64,000 nt of DNA, from NCBI RefSeq assembly GCF_009914755.1, contig NC_060943.1; one strand, given 5' to 3'. A program made the translations under genes and the position numbers. Position 1 is the stretch's first letter, and each line of letters opens with the position of its first letter. This DNA is from the human T2T-CHM13v2.0 reference genome, Homo sapiens. The notes under the pieces are model-generated. The model was given only the letters and a program-made list of their open reading frames with translations. It did not search any database and was not told where the DNA came from. Positions 23,198 to 42,647 of this stretch are shown one piece after another.

Positions 23198-23461
23198 TTA
23201 GTGTCGCCCCCCGCAGCCCCCGTCTACCCCCGCAGCCCCCGTCTCCCCGCTCGGCCCGGCTCCGGCGGGAGGAGTGAGGACGAGGCGGATGCGCTCCACG
23301 CACAGCTCTGCGGCCTGGCGCGTCTCGCGGCACAGCGCCGCTAGGGTCAGGAAGCCGTGCGGCAGGTCCTCCACCACGCGCAGCGTCACCGGCTGGCCCA
23401 GGTTGCGCAGTCGCCGCGCGAGCATGACCGAGTCGTCCAGCATGGGGTCCAGCGCGCACGC
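23198..23461 (-). CDS. LIPE: Hormone-sensitive lipase, last exon ([11 protein letters not shown]...LPHGFL...GGRH*), containing the catalytic Asp and His
   Basis: Acceptor cgtag|GCG at 23461 and TAA at 23200-23198; 264 nt. The full testis chain is 883+536+91+146+186+295+228+177+425+264 = 3231 nt = 1076 aa + stop. Confidence 0.98.
   Translation of the reverse strand, partial: ACALDPMLDDSVMLARRLRNLGQPVTLRVVEDLPHGFLTLAALCRETRQAAELCVERIRLVLTPPAGAGPSGETGAAGVDGGCGGRH
23208..23244 (+). repeat. 18-bp direct repeat with period 19 in the LIPE C-terminal codons
   Basis: CCCCCGCAGCCCCCGTCT at 23208-23225 and 23227-23244. Confidence 0.97.
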
Positions 23462-23992
23462 CTACGGGACAGCGGGGAGGGACGTGGAGAGAGGGTGGGG
23501 GACAGACAGACCGGGGTCGGGTAGAGCGAGGAGGGGTTTGATGAACAAAGGGAGCGGGAAATACGGATACAGACGGAGTGGACGGAGGCAGGAGACATGG
23601 TGGGTGAGGAGTTGGGGAGAGAATGGAGGGAATGGGGGGAGTTGTGGGAAGGATGGGAGAATGACTTTAACTGCGATCCCCGGCCTCTCTCCAGCCTCTC
23701 CCTCCCCACCCCGCCAAACCCACCTTTTTTTTCTCTTGATTCTCCAAGCCCAAGGGGCTGCCCCACTGATCCTGTCTCTTGGTACTCAAAATTGCAAAGT
23801 AAAACGGAGGCAGCCCTGACTCTTGTCCTCCTCCCGTTCGTTCGGGGCATTGTTCTCCCCTGGGGACACGCCTGTCCCTTTCTCCCCACTCCGGAGCTCT
23901 TTTTCCCAGGTGTACCCGTGCCCGGTCCCCCTCCTCCCCGGGTGCCCTGCTCTTCTCTAAATGCACCTGTACCGGCCCCCTCTGTCGCTCAC

Positions 23993-24417
23993 CACGATGT
24001 GCACAGGTGGCAGGCTCTTGAGCATGCTGTCGGGTGCCAGCAGCGGCGACATGAAGGGGTTCTTGACTATGGGTGAGGAGTAGAGGGGCATCTGTGTGGC
24101 ACCCTGGCTGGAGCGTCGGGGGTGGAAACCCTCGGGGAAGGCGGCACGGACGCCCAGGCCTCTGTCCATGGGGCTCAGCTCATTTTTGGCCTCAGCCTCT
24201 TCCCCTGCATCCTCAGGTGGTAATAAGAAGTTGACATCGGAGGGTGTGGAGGGGCTAAGTGTCTCAGCTGACAGCGACATCTCGGGGGTGTCCGACGACG
24301 TCTCGGAGTTTCCCCTCAGGCTCAAGTCCCTCAGGGTCAGGTTCTTGAGGGAATCCGTGCCCAGTGGGCCCTGGGGCTGGGCCAGTGCTGCTTCAGACAC
24401 ACTGCGGCGCATCGGCT
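23993..24417 (-). CDS. LIPE: LIPE regulatory-module exon (MRRSVSEAA...PRRSSQG; PKA/AMPK phosphosites)
   Basis: Acceptor cag|AG at 24417 and donor GTG|gtgagc at 23993; 425 nt; RRSVS and RRSS motifs. Confidence 0.98.
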
Positions 24418-24626
24418 CTGAGAGAGGGAGAGCAGATAGGCCTGGCTCCGTTAGTTTGGTTGTGTGTGTGGCTGGCAGGGAATGCCATGGGAAGGGCAGT
24501 CGCCTGTGGAGCGCTGTGAAAGGCTGTGTTTCCCCAGACTCTTGCCTAGGGGATGGGTGGAGTTCCAGATGCCCCAGGTGGTCATGGTGGGGGTCTTGGC
24601 AGTGGGGCAGTGTGTTCTAGTGAAGG

Positions 24627-24628
<2 letters not shown>

Positions 24629-24678
<50 letters not shown>
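24629..24678 (+). repeat. (GT)25 microsatellite in LIPE classical intron 7
   Basis: Perfect dinucleotide run. Confidence 0.97.
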
Positions 24679-24681
<3 letters not shown>

Positions 24682-24800
24682 ACTGGGAAGATTAGGTGCA
24701 GTTTACCTCTAGGAACCTATTTTTTCTTCTAGATCAAGGAAATGAAAATAGTCCTTGGTTCATAGGTGGCAGGACTCAGTGGGATAAGATGTGGGATTAG

Positions 24801-27345
<2,545 letters not shown>

Positions 27346-27349
27346 TCTG

Positions 27350-27350
<1 letters not shown>

Positions 27351-27406
<56 letters not shown>
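27351..27406 (+). repeat. Compound (CT)8(CA)20 microsatellite in an Alu tail, LIPE classical intron 6
   Basis: Perfect runs at 27351-27366 and 27367-27406; position matches the described HSL intron 6 CA marker. Confidence 0.95.
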
Positions 27407-27409
<3 letters not shown>

Positions 27410-27548
27410 AAAAAAAGGGACAAGGAGTCTTAGATTCCTCTGCCTGGCCTCTCCTTCCTCAGTCACAGGAGTCCTGGTCCCCAGCCCGTCCCTGCAGGAG
27501 TCAGACATCCATGCAGTCCTGTTTCCCTGCTGAGGGTGTGGGCCTCAC

Positions 27549-27776
27549 CAGCATAGGCGCTGACACACTTGGAGAGCACACTGAGGGGCAGCAAGGGGTC
27601 CATGAGGCTCAGCAGGCGGGAGGGAGAGGCGGCAGGCTGCAGCATTGTGGCCGGGTAGGCTGCCATGATGCCATCTGGCACCCGCACCCCGTAGGCTGCT
27701 GCCCGAAGAGCCACGGTGAAGCAGAGGTTCCCGCCTGCACTGTCCCCCGCAAGGCAGATTCGTTCCCCTGTTGAGC
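27549..27776 (-). CDS. LIPE: LIPE exon with the catalytic serine motif GDSAG
   Basis: Acceptor ccag|GC at 27776 and donor G|gtgagg at 27549; 228 nt; [12 protein letters not shown]. Confidence 0.98.
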
Positions 27777-28561
27777 CTGGTTTGGGAGAGGGGTGGTTGG
27801 TGACAACCTGGCAGGGGCAGAGGCCTGGGGAGGAGGGCAGGGAGGAACTCAAGCTGGGAGAACTGGGCTCTCCAAGGTGGGGTGTGGGGCACTCCAAGGC
27901 CTAGCAGACTGCAGTTTTAGAGACTGGCAGACTGAGGCACAGATTTGGGCTCATGTGGTAGACAGAGGGTCAGGATGACTCAGGACCTGGAGAGGCCCAG
28001 GGAAGCACTGGGAAAGTCTGTCGGGGCTGGAGGTTGGGAGCAGGGAGGGCAGGTGGTGGGAAAGGGGAGCTGAGCTCAGGCCTGTTGCAGGAGGGGGGCC
28101 TCAGAGGGCGGGAATGGAAGGTCAGGGTTCAGGGTCAGTACAGAGGGGCTGGGCTGCAAGCTCTGTGCCCTGGGGCATGGCCACACTCTGCTCTGTGCCT
28201 CAGTGTCCTCCCAAGATGTTGATCTTCGAAGAGGGAGGTCAGAGAAGCTGGACTGTGGGCCAGGAGGCTGGTAGGACAGGAGAGCAGGGCCTGGAGCTAT
28301 CAGAGGGGGACGACAGAGGCCCAGGGAGACAGGACGGTGGGTGGGAAGTGGAGGTGGAGGAGATGGAGAGTCTGGGTGCCACAGTTGGGGACAGAGGATA
28401 AAGTGGCTGAGGTGGAAGATTGGGCAGGACCTGGGTGAGCAGGAGCTGGGAGGTGTGGGGGGAGAGAAAGGTAGAGGGTGTGAGGCTGAGGCTGGAGGAG
28501 CTTAAAGCAAGCTGGGTGGGATGGGAGCAGGCGCAGGTGGCTGTGGGGGCCTGAGGCTCAC

Positions 28562-28856
28562 CAAGGAGGGCGCAGTGCTTGATGGCCCAGCAGTAGGCGA
28601 AGAAGCACTCCTCCAGCGCACGGGGGAAGGGGGCCTCAGGGGCCAGGGAGTAGTCGATGGAGATGATGGGGGCGCCCAGCTCCTGGGCCCAGCTCTTGAG
28701 GTAGGGCTCGTGGGATCTGGAGGTCTGGGCCACAAAGCCACCGCCGTGGAAGTGCACTATCAGGGACCGCGAGCGGGGTGCCTGCTGGGGGCGCGGCCAC
28801 AGCTCCAGGCTCCGTTGGCCGTTGGACTTTATCAGGCTGCTGAGCTCCTCACTGTC
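28562..28856 (-). CDS. LIPE: LIPE exon with the oxyanion-hole motif HFHGGGF
   Basis: Acceptor ccag|GAC at 28856 and donor G|gtgagc at 28562; 295 nt. Confidence 0.98.
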
Positions 28857-28993
28857 CTGGGGGTGAGGAGGGAGACGGTGTGTGAGGTTGGGGAGAGCTG
28901 GCCAGGGCTGCACCCCTCCATGGGGATGCCAAGGTGGGGGCTGCCCACGCTCCTCGGCTCTGTCCCTGTCCCTGGCTGAGGCTGGAACCCTAC

Positions 28994-29179
28994 CTGTCCT
29001 TCACGCAGGTCATAGGAGATGAGCCTGACGAGGACGGGCCCAGGGCCTGTGTGGGCCAGTGGGGGTGAGATGGTGACCGTGAGCGTGGGGTCGGCAGTCA
29101 GTGGCATCTCAAAGGCTTCGGGTGGCAGGCTGAGCAGGCGGCTTACCCTCACGGTGGCCGATGCCATGTTGGCCAGAGA
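28994..29179 (-). CDS. LIPE: LIPE exon ([16 protein letters not shown]...YDLREGQ)
   Basis: Acceptor ccag|TCT at 29179 and donor CAG|gtaggg at 28994; 186 nt. Confidence 0.97.
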
Positions 29180-29363
29180 CTGGAGGGAGGGGACAGAAGG
29201 GGTGCTAGGGAAGGTCTGCCTGCAGGGGTGCCCTTCACCTCTCCCTCTGATCCCCAGTCTTTCCCCTTGTGTGCCATCCCTGGGCCTGGAGCCCCACAGA
29301 GACCTACTGTGGCCTCAGATGAGTCTCTGGGCCTCAGTGTCCCCATCTGCAACAGGCCCTCAC

Positions 29364-29509
29364 CGATAGCACTTCCATCTCGGTGATGTTCCAGAAGGCT
29401 TTCCAGAAGTGCACGTCCAGGTTCTGTGTGATCCGCTCAAACTCAGCCCCACGCAGCTCGGGGTCGATGGCAAAGCGGCCGCTGGTGAAGAGAGAGCTGG
29501 CGGCCACAC
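29364..29509 (-). CDS. LIPE: LIPE exon ([48 protein letters not shown])
   Basis: Acceptor tag|GT at 29509 and donor TCG|gtgagg at 29364; 146 nt. Confidence 0.97.
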
Positions 29510-29619
29510 CTAGGGGTCAGAAGGGGTGTCAGGGAGCCCCAGTGGGTCAGGCTGCTTGGGCAGGAGTGGGGAGGAGGGCCAAGAGAGTAGGCTGCGAGTA
29601 GAACCTGGCTGGGACTCAC

Positions 29620-29710
29620 TGAGGCCTGTCTCGTTGCGTTTGTAGTGCTCCCCGAAGGACACCAGCCCAATGGAGATGGTCTGCAGGAATGGCCGGATGG
29701 CAGGCGTGAA
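29620..29710 (-). CDS. LIPE: LIPE exon ([30 protein letters not shown])
   Basis: Acceptor acag|TTC at 29710 and donor A|gtgagt at 29620; 91 nt. Confidence 0.97.
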
Positions 29711-30554
29711 CTGTGGAGAGACGCGGCTGCGTCACCCACCGCTCAAGAGAGGGATGGGGACAGGGCAGGAGCGAGGCACAGGGATGTGCGGGGAAGACAC
29801 ATTCATTCAGTAAACGTTTCATGAGCTCCTACTGTGTGCTGGGCATAGCTCTCGGCTGGTTCACGGACCTGATGTTCTCAAAGGGAAAACAAATGATCAG
29901 CAGATAAGCAAAGCCACGCGCAGTATCATGACAAGGAATGACGAATGGTTTGGAAAAAAAAAAAGGCAGTAGGTGGAGAGGGCACCAGTGATGACTAGGG
30001 GTCAGGCTACTTAGCGGGTCTCGGAGGAGAGATCTGACTGAAGCGAGGGGAGGGTGTTCCCTGCACAGGGAACAGAGAGCATGAAGGCTTAAAGGTGAGC
30101 TCATAGGAGGCTGAGGCAGGAGAATCGCTTGAACCCAGGAGGCAGAGGTTGCAGTGAGTGGAGATCACACCACTGCACTCCAGCCTGGGCGACAGAGCGA
30201 GACTCTGTCTCTAAAAAAAAAAAAAGGTGAGCTCATGCTTGGTGCTTGACCTGGGTAGCGACAGTCAGGGGGCCAGTGTGGCTGGAGCAGAGTGAGCAGT
30301 GGGGAGAGGGGCAGGTGGTGACATTGGAGAGGCAAAGGGGGCTCATATAGGGCCTGGGCAGAGGAATTTGGATTTCATTCCCAGTGCGGGGTGGTGCCAC
30401 TGGTAGGCTGTGAGGTGGGGAGTAGGATGGTGCAGGGACTTCCTGAAAGTCAGAGAGAGGATGGATGGGGAGAGGAGGCAGCTGGAAGACAGGAACAGGG
30501 AGATGGCCAGAGACAGCCCCCCAGGCACAGGGACCTGAGGCAGAAAGACAGTCA

Positions 30555-30827
<273 letters not shown>

Positions 30828-31694
30828 TTAGAGGAAATGGAGCCATAGGAGGCCAAGGCAAGGGATTGGCGGGTTCTTCTGTTCACTCTGTACTGGCCAA
30901 GTTCCTACTGCATGCTAGACACTGGGCTGGAGCAGTGACCAAGACAGGGGAGGCCTCTGCCCTCCCGGGGACGGACATTTTAAAGGGGAGACTGCCCTGC
31001 ACCAAGGCAGAGCTGGGCCCTGCCCCTGGCTGTGCGCCCAGTAGGCCAGAGGGCACCTGATGCCTGGCTATTGTGGCTGGGATGCTGGTTTGGGCAGCCC
31101 CGGGATCTCTTTCTCATGACTCTAGGGTCACGGCTGGGACACAGGGAGGAGCTGGCTGGCCCAGCTGGGCTGATCAATACTTGTGGGTTCAGCCCTGGTG
31201 AGGGGAGGTTTCCAGGAATGCCTGGGCTGGGTTGCTGAGGATAGGCTAGCCTGAAGGGAAGCCTGGAGATGTGGGGTGGGAGGGGGAGGCTGAGGTGCGG
31301 GGAGGCCCAGAGAGGGCCAGAATGACTATAGGGTCACATGGCTCCAGATCCCTCCCTGAGGGGTCTCAAACTCAAGTGACTTCAGGGGCCAGACAGGTAA
31401 CAAAGAGTGAATACATCTCTTGCATGTAGGACAATAGAGAGTAGTGGATATCCTGGTGAAAAAAGCTCTGCAAGTTGCATTTCTTACCACCTAGCAGATA
31501 TGACCTAGGGACCATGAGTTTGAGACCCCTGGTGCAGCTCTGTCTGAGCTCCAGCCAACTTCTCCTTTCTGTACCTGCTGTTTGCTGAGTCCGATAATGC
31601 TGACCACTGGTTACTTTACCATACTATAGGCCAGGCCAGGGGCCACCAGGTGCCTTCATTGTGGGCCCAGAGGGGCACGGGGCAGGGGGCTCAC

Positions 31695-32230
31695 CTGGAA
31701 GCCCAGGCAGCGGCCATAGAAGCATCCCTTATGCAGCGTGACATACTCCCGGAGGAAGTCGGCGGTGAGCCCCTCGTCGCCCTCAAAGAAGAGTACCCCC
31801 GGCCGATTGGTAACCAGCAGGCGCTGGGCGTAGTAGACCAGAGCGCGGAGCTGGGTGAGGGCAGCCAGGTAGGCCTCCAGCTCGGCCAGGTTGTGGCTGG
31901 TGCGGAAGAAGATGCTGCGGCGGTTGGAGGCCACATAGCGGGATTTGTGCAGGAGGTGCGCCAGGCAGCAGCGGGCTGTGTGCACTAGGCTGCGGTACCC
32001 GTTGGCCGGTGTCTCTGGGTCCAGGTCAAAGAGGTGCGCCACACCCAGCAGGCGGCCCAGGGCCGGCTCCAGCCCCAGCGCCTGCTCCCGTACACCGGCA
32101 AAAACGCCTGACAGCCGCTGGGCCGTTTCCCCAGGACCCTGGCTCGAGAAGAAGGCTATGTTGTCCTCCGCCAGAGTCACCAGCGACTGTGTCATTGTGC
32201 GCAGGTCCATGTTGTGGATGAGCCTTGAGG
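31695..32230 (-). CDS. LIPE: LIPE first common exon; the adipocyte-isoform ATG is at 32210 ([11 protein letters not shown]...CLGFQ)
   Basis: Acceptor acag|CC at 32230 (phase 1) and donor CAG|gtgagc at 31695; 536 nt; matches ORF 31656..32210; HSL N-terminal domain. Confidence 0.98.
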
Positions 32231-32285
32231 CTGTGGGCAGGTGGGGAGGCCTGTTAGGTGGGGCTGGATCAAGCCTTGCTTAGCT

Positions 32286-32970
32286 GGGGCCCAGGAGTCT
32301 GGGCCATAGCTTACCCACTCCTCCTTCAAACCTCAGTGCTGTCTTCTTTCAGTTCCAGGGGCCCAGGACCCCAGGTTCCTCCTCCCTTAGACATAAGAGG
32401 TCACCCTCTTGTCTCTGGGAATCAGAAGTTTGGGGCCCCAGTTCCCAGTGCCTTTGTCCCTCCTCGGGAGCCAGGAGTTTGGGCCCTCAGCTCCCTCCTC
32501 CCTCAGACCCAGGAGTCCAAGCCCCAAGCCCTTCCTCTTCAGGACCCAGGAGCCCCTGCTATCACCTCTTTGGGACTCAGAAACTTGCTGCCCTGGCCTC
32601 CTGAATCCGGACATTCCCTGAGCCCACACGACTCTGCTTCCCTAACTCATTCACCTCTCCTGTGATCCAGGAGGCTGCCGGTCCTTCTTTCTTCCTTCCA
32701 GGAACCCAAGAGTCTAGTCACCTGTCTCCATGAATTCTCCTGGGGCCCAAGACTCCTTCTCCTAGATTCCAAGAAGTCTAAACCTCCAGTTGGTCCCCAT
32801 TCTCAGGACCCAGGAGTCCGGGTCCCCCATCCCATCTTTCCTTCTTAGGCCCCAAGTGCTACCCATAGGCCCTTCCCCTCCAACAACATTTGGGAGAGTT
32901 CAGCCCCAGCCCTCCCATTCCCATCTCTCGGGACCCTGGTCCCCAAGCGCAGCTCTCCCTGAACTCAGGA
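32286..32970 (+). repeat. Degenerate MSR1-type minisatellite cluster upstream of the LIPE common-exon acceptor
   Basis: Repeated cccaggagtc / ctcctccctcagacccaggagtcc units with about 37-bp spacing. Confidence 0.75.
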
Positions 32971-33752
32971 GTTCACAATTCTAGACTTCACTGAAGAGTC
33001 ATTCCTCATCCTTCAAGTCTGGCTGTGGAACCCCCTCCAAATCCCAGTTCCCTCCCTGTTTCTCTGTGAGATCCCCAAAACTCAGTCTTGCTTCTCCCCC
33101 AGTGGGGTCCCCTGGCCTTCAGGCTTGTCCACTGGTCCTGGGTTGCATGGCCGGCCCTGCTCCCCTGCCTGGAACAGCGATACTCATCACTGGTGTCGAC
33201 CTTGAGCATATCCGTGCAGGTCCCGTGCTGAGAGCTTTCTGTGTGTTTGCTGCTTTAGCGTGCTAACCCTCTGGGACCCACACCACCTAGGTTCAAATCT
33301 CTATTATTGCCAGCATCCCCATTTTACAGGAGAGGAAACTGAGGCTCAGGTTTTAAGTGAGGAGGTTAAAGTTGCACTGCAAGTGGCAGAGCTTTTGTAA
33401 ACCCAGCTCTCTGGGTCCACAGCCACACTTATGTGGGGCTCCCCGCTAGGACTCTGGAAGCCACATCTCAAAACTTGCCCTGGACTACGTCTGATCTCCA
33501 CACTTTCCAGTCCCCAGTGATCTTTCCTCTGATATCCTTTCCCAGCCATTCAGGCTGCCCTGTTTCTTGGATGCCCTGTCACCCAGGTCCTGAACAAGCT
33601 GCCCTTGGTGGAATGCTACCATCTGCTCCAGTGACTTCCCTCCCAAAGCCCAGCACCTTGCCTGTTCCCCTAGAAGAAGGTATTTCCTTTCCCTTCTAGG
33701 TCCTGGGGCCTGGCAGCGGCCATTCCCGTCTCTCAGCTGGCTGGACACTCAC

Positions 33753-33810
33753 CCCTCCTAGGCATCTTCCGAGCTTCCCTGGGCTGGGACTGCTGGTCTG
33801 TGGCTTGTGC
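33753..33810 (-). other. LIPE: LIPE non-coding exon B (adipocyte 5' exon)
   Basis: Consensus donor GGG|gtgagt at 33753, about 1.5 kb upstream of the common exon as described for exon B; TSS approximate. Confidence 0.75.
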
Positions 33811-33826
33811 CAGTAGCAGCCTGGGG

Positions 33827-33922
33827 CAATAAACCCGGGGGCGGGGCTGGCCTGCCCAGGGTGTAGCCGCACAAGCCACCTCCCACCCAGAAAGATCAGT
33901 GAGGACCACGTGCTGTAAACAG
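33827..33922 (-). promoter_or_regulatory. LIPE: LIPE adipocyte (exon B) promoter: AT-rich element, GC box, CACGTG E-box and forkhead-like site
   Basis: TTTATTG (-) at 33827-33833; GGGGGCGGGG at 33837-33846; CACGTG at 33907-33912; TGTAAACA at about 33915-33922. Confidence 0.7.
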
Positions 33923-33999
33923 AGTAGAGGGCTCAGCTCCCTGCTCTGCCCCCCACCTGCTCCCAGACTCAGCTCAACTGGTAGTCCTGTTACAGGCTC

Positions 34000-34110
34000 C
34001 TCTGCCTTAGAACCCAGGAGTCCACACCCACAGCCCCTCCTCCCTCAGACCCAGGAGTCCAGGCCCCCAGCCCCTTCATCCTTTAGGACCCAGGAGTCCT
34101 AGCCCCAGTC
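34000..34110 (+). repeat. MSR1-type 37-bp minisatellite (about 3 units) upstream of the LIPE exon B promoter
   Basis: Consensus-like unit CAGCCCCTCCTCCCTCAGACCCAGGAGTCCAGGCCCC at 34031-34067. Confidence 0.85.
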
Positions 34111-34834
34111 CTGAACAAACCGTCCCCTCTCACCCAGCCAGGCTGCCCTCTCTGTCCCCAGAGAGGACTCAGGGAGCCAAAGGCCCAGTGATCTCAGCTC
34201 CCGCCTCCTAGTCTGGCCCTGGCACAGCCAGCCCCAGCTGTTGGGGGGAGAGAGGAGGTAGCCAGCCCTGCCTGTCCCTCCTGGAAGGACAAAAGCCGAT
34301 TAAGGGCAGTGCCAGGCTCAGCTAGGGGCCTGAGCTGCCTGTCGGTCCTACTGGGTGGTGTGACCACACTGGGTAACCTGGACCTGCCACTTACCCCTCT
34401 CAGCCCACCCTGCTGTGACTGGCATCCCCACCTCACACAGGGAAACAGAGGCTCAGAGAGAGAGATTCCTCACCCATGTCATTCACCCGTGTCATTCCAC
34501 AGATTCCTTGTCTGGCCTCAGCTTGTCACTTCCAAGAGGTACTCCCCAGTTGCTTCTCCCCAGCTAAGATATGCACGCCCCCGTTATTTTCTGCCATGAT
34601 ATTTAGTTCTGTTCCATCCTGCCATTTGACACTTTATAATTTGTTTACGTGTTTGTTCATCTCCCCCAGGACAGGACTAGGTTTTATGGAGCCATGAAAC
34701 TTATAAGGTACCGGGGTGTGGCCCTTTAGGAAGAAGAAATACAGAATTACAAATACAAGATTAGGGCCTTGGGCCAGGCGTGGTGGCTCACGCCTGTAAT
34801 CCCAGCATTTTGGGAGGCCGAGGCGGGCGGATCA

Positions 34835-35274
<440 letters not shown>

Positions 35275-35658
35275 CTAGTTAGCTCAGGAGAGGACGGCCC
35301 CTCCCCAGGGCTGGCAGACAGATGGATAGACAGAGGCCTCAGGAGGCAGTGTTAGGCTTGCAGCTGTGAAAATGGGACGATGTGGGCTAGGCACAGTGGC
35401 TCATGCCTATAATGCCAGCACGTTGGGAGGCCGACGTGGGTGGGCCACGAGGTCAGGAGATCGAGACCATCCTGGCCAACATGCTGAAACCCCGTCTCTA
35501 CTAAAAATACAAAAATTAGCGGTATGGTGGTGGATGCCTGTAGTCCCCACTATTGGGAGGCTGAGACAGGAGAATCACTTGAACCCAGGAGGCAGAGGTT
35601 GCAGTGAGCTGAGATCACGCCACTGTACTCCAGCCTGGCGATAAAGCGAGACTCTGTC

Positions 35659-35731
35659 AGAAAAGAAAGGAAAGAAAGAAAGGAAAGGAAGGAAAGAAAG
35701 AAAGGAAAGAAGAAAAGAAAAGGAAAGAAAG
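35659..35731 (+). repeat. (GAAA/GGAAA)n purine tract at an Alu tail
   Basis: Low-complexity purine run. Confidence 0.85.
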
Positions 35732-35963
35732 ATGGCCCAAGCCCTTGCTGGCGACCCTGGATGAGTCTGTTTTCCTCATCTGGAAACTGCACTTGGCTGT
35801 TCTGCTGGCTCAGGGTGGGAGACATAATTTATAAGTGGGGCCATGGCCGGCATGTTCTGCATGTGGTTTGCTTTGTGGGCTCACTTGGCCTTCCTGAGAT
35901 GGTGTATTGGGTGATTTTTCTCTGCGGCACTTGTCACCATCTAGCATACTATACAGTTTACTA

Positions 35964-40218
<4,255 letters not shown>

Positions 40219-40293
40219 AATTTATATTGTTTGCTCTCTGATTCCCTCACTAGATTGTAAACTCCCTGAGGGCAGGGACTTTTGCCTTTTTTA

Positions 40294-40767
<474 letters not shown>

Positions 40768-41571
40768 CTAGGGACTCCAGAGCTCTGCCCTTTGTCCTGT
40801 TCCAGGCGGCTCCCCGAGGACTGGGCTGGGTGGAGCTGGCAGGAAGGGATGCTGAGGTTGCCAGCAACTCGCCAGGAATCCCTGGCAGAGGGCACTGGGG
40901 CAGGGGTAGGCCCACTGGGGCCGTGGGTAAGGACTAGGGGAGAGGTAGGGCAGAGGGGATTTGGCTTTGGGTGGTGTCCCACTGACTGGGCACTGGACCT
41001 TTCTTTGCCCTGAAGAGTTTCTGGACAGCTGAATCCGACTCCTGGGGACTGAGCAGGGGTAAGGAGGGCGGTGGGGAAGGAAGTGGGGTGGGGGTGGATG
41101 GGGGATGGAGGAAGGGCCAGGTGTGGGGCCTGGGAGGAAGCAAAGGCTTCTGAAGCCAGGAAGCCTGGAATCAGATGCAGGTGGGGACAATGAGTGGCTG
41201 GATCCCCGAGAGTGTGTGCATAAAAGAGCAAACGTTGCACCAACAGCCTCTGCGTGCCTGGTCTCTTTCTCTGTGCGTGTGTGTGTTTAATTTAAAAATA
41301 GGGATCGAGTCTAGCTGTGTTGCCTAGACTGGTCTCGAACTCCTGTGCTCAAGCAATCCTCCTGCCTTGGTCTCCCAAAGTGCTGGGATTTCTTTTCTTT
41401 TTTTTTTTTTTTTCATTCTCAAAGGAGGTGATGAGATTTCTTTATGTGTTTTATGTGAAGTGACTCATGTCGCCTGCCCCACAACCTATGAGGGAGAGAC
41501 CATTATCATCCCTTTTGGCAGATGACAAAATTGAGGCACAGAAAGGTGACATAACCCCCGGGGTCACACGG

Positions 41572-41586
41572 CCAGCAGGGGGCAGC
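41572..41586 (+). promoter_or_regulatory. CTCF core motif inside a MIR element
   Basis: CCAGCAGGGGGCAGC on +; flanked by MIR core sequence (cagatgacaaaattgaggcacagaaaggt). Confidence 0.6.
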
Positions 41587-42341
41587 TCCAGGGCAGAGCT
41601 GCTGATCTCTGCTGTGTTTCTGTGTGCTGCTCCCTCTGTCTGTGCTTCAAAGTATATGCTTTCTGGTCGGGTGTGAGTGTGTCTGGGGTTCACGTGTACA
41701 TATGTACCTCTGCAGGTATGTGTCATGGCTGGCGTGTGTCCTGGCCTGTGTCCGTCGGCACTGGTACATTTGAAGGTATGAATGTTTGTATGCCTGTGAA
41801 TGTATCTGTGTCTCTGTTTCTCTTGGCCTGTGAGCTTGTGTGGGCGTGTTTGTTTATGTATGAATGGATATACATGCTTGTGCGTGTCTTGGTCTCTGTG
41901 TGTGTGTTGAGAACAAACCTCTCCCCATTTGCTCAAGCTGGAACCCAGGATGTCATCCTGGCCACCTCCCCACCCCCCAACTCCCATGCAATCCATCCCC
42001 TAGTCCTGCCCACTATGCCTACTAAAGGCCTCTGGAACCTGGCCCTTCTCCCCACCTCCACTGCCTCCTCCCTGGTCCAGGCGGTAGCATCATTACCTGG
42101 GTGACTATGACAGATCTTTATATATTTCTGATTTTGTTCTCTTTGATTTGTTGTCCACATAGCAGCCACAGGATCTTTTTAGCACACAAATCTGTTCACA
42201 CACTTCCAACCCTTCAACACCCCCTCCCTTGCTTTCAGGATAAAGCCCCCAATCCTGCACATGGCCTCCCAAGCCAGGTACCATCCTCCTCTCTCTCTCT
42301 CTTTTTGAGACAAAGTCTCATTGTTGCCCAGGCTGGAGTAG

Positions 42342-42647
<306 letters not shown>

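Noticed and set aside
27463-29167. ORFs 27463..27897, 28239..28913 and 28832..29167 as separate proteins
   Set aside because: These are LIPE exons extended into flanking introns
32286-32970. About 37-bp periodic repeats resembling a CRISPR array
   Set aside because: Degenerate tandem MSR1 minisatellite with no unique spacers or cas genes, in human DNA
41620-41910. TG-rich stretch with 160-181 aa ORFs, and similar stretches at 14580-14790 and 16420-16610
   Set aside because: Degenerate simple-repeat DNA; the ORFs reflect low complexity
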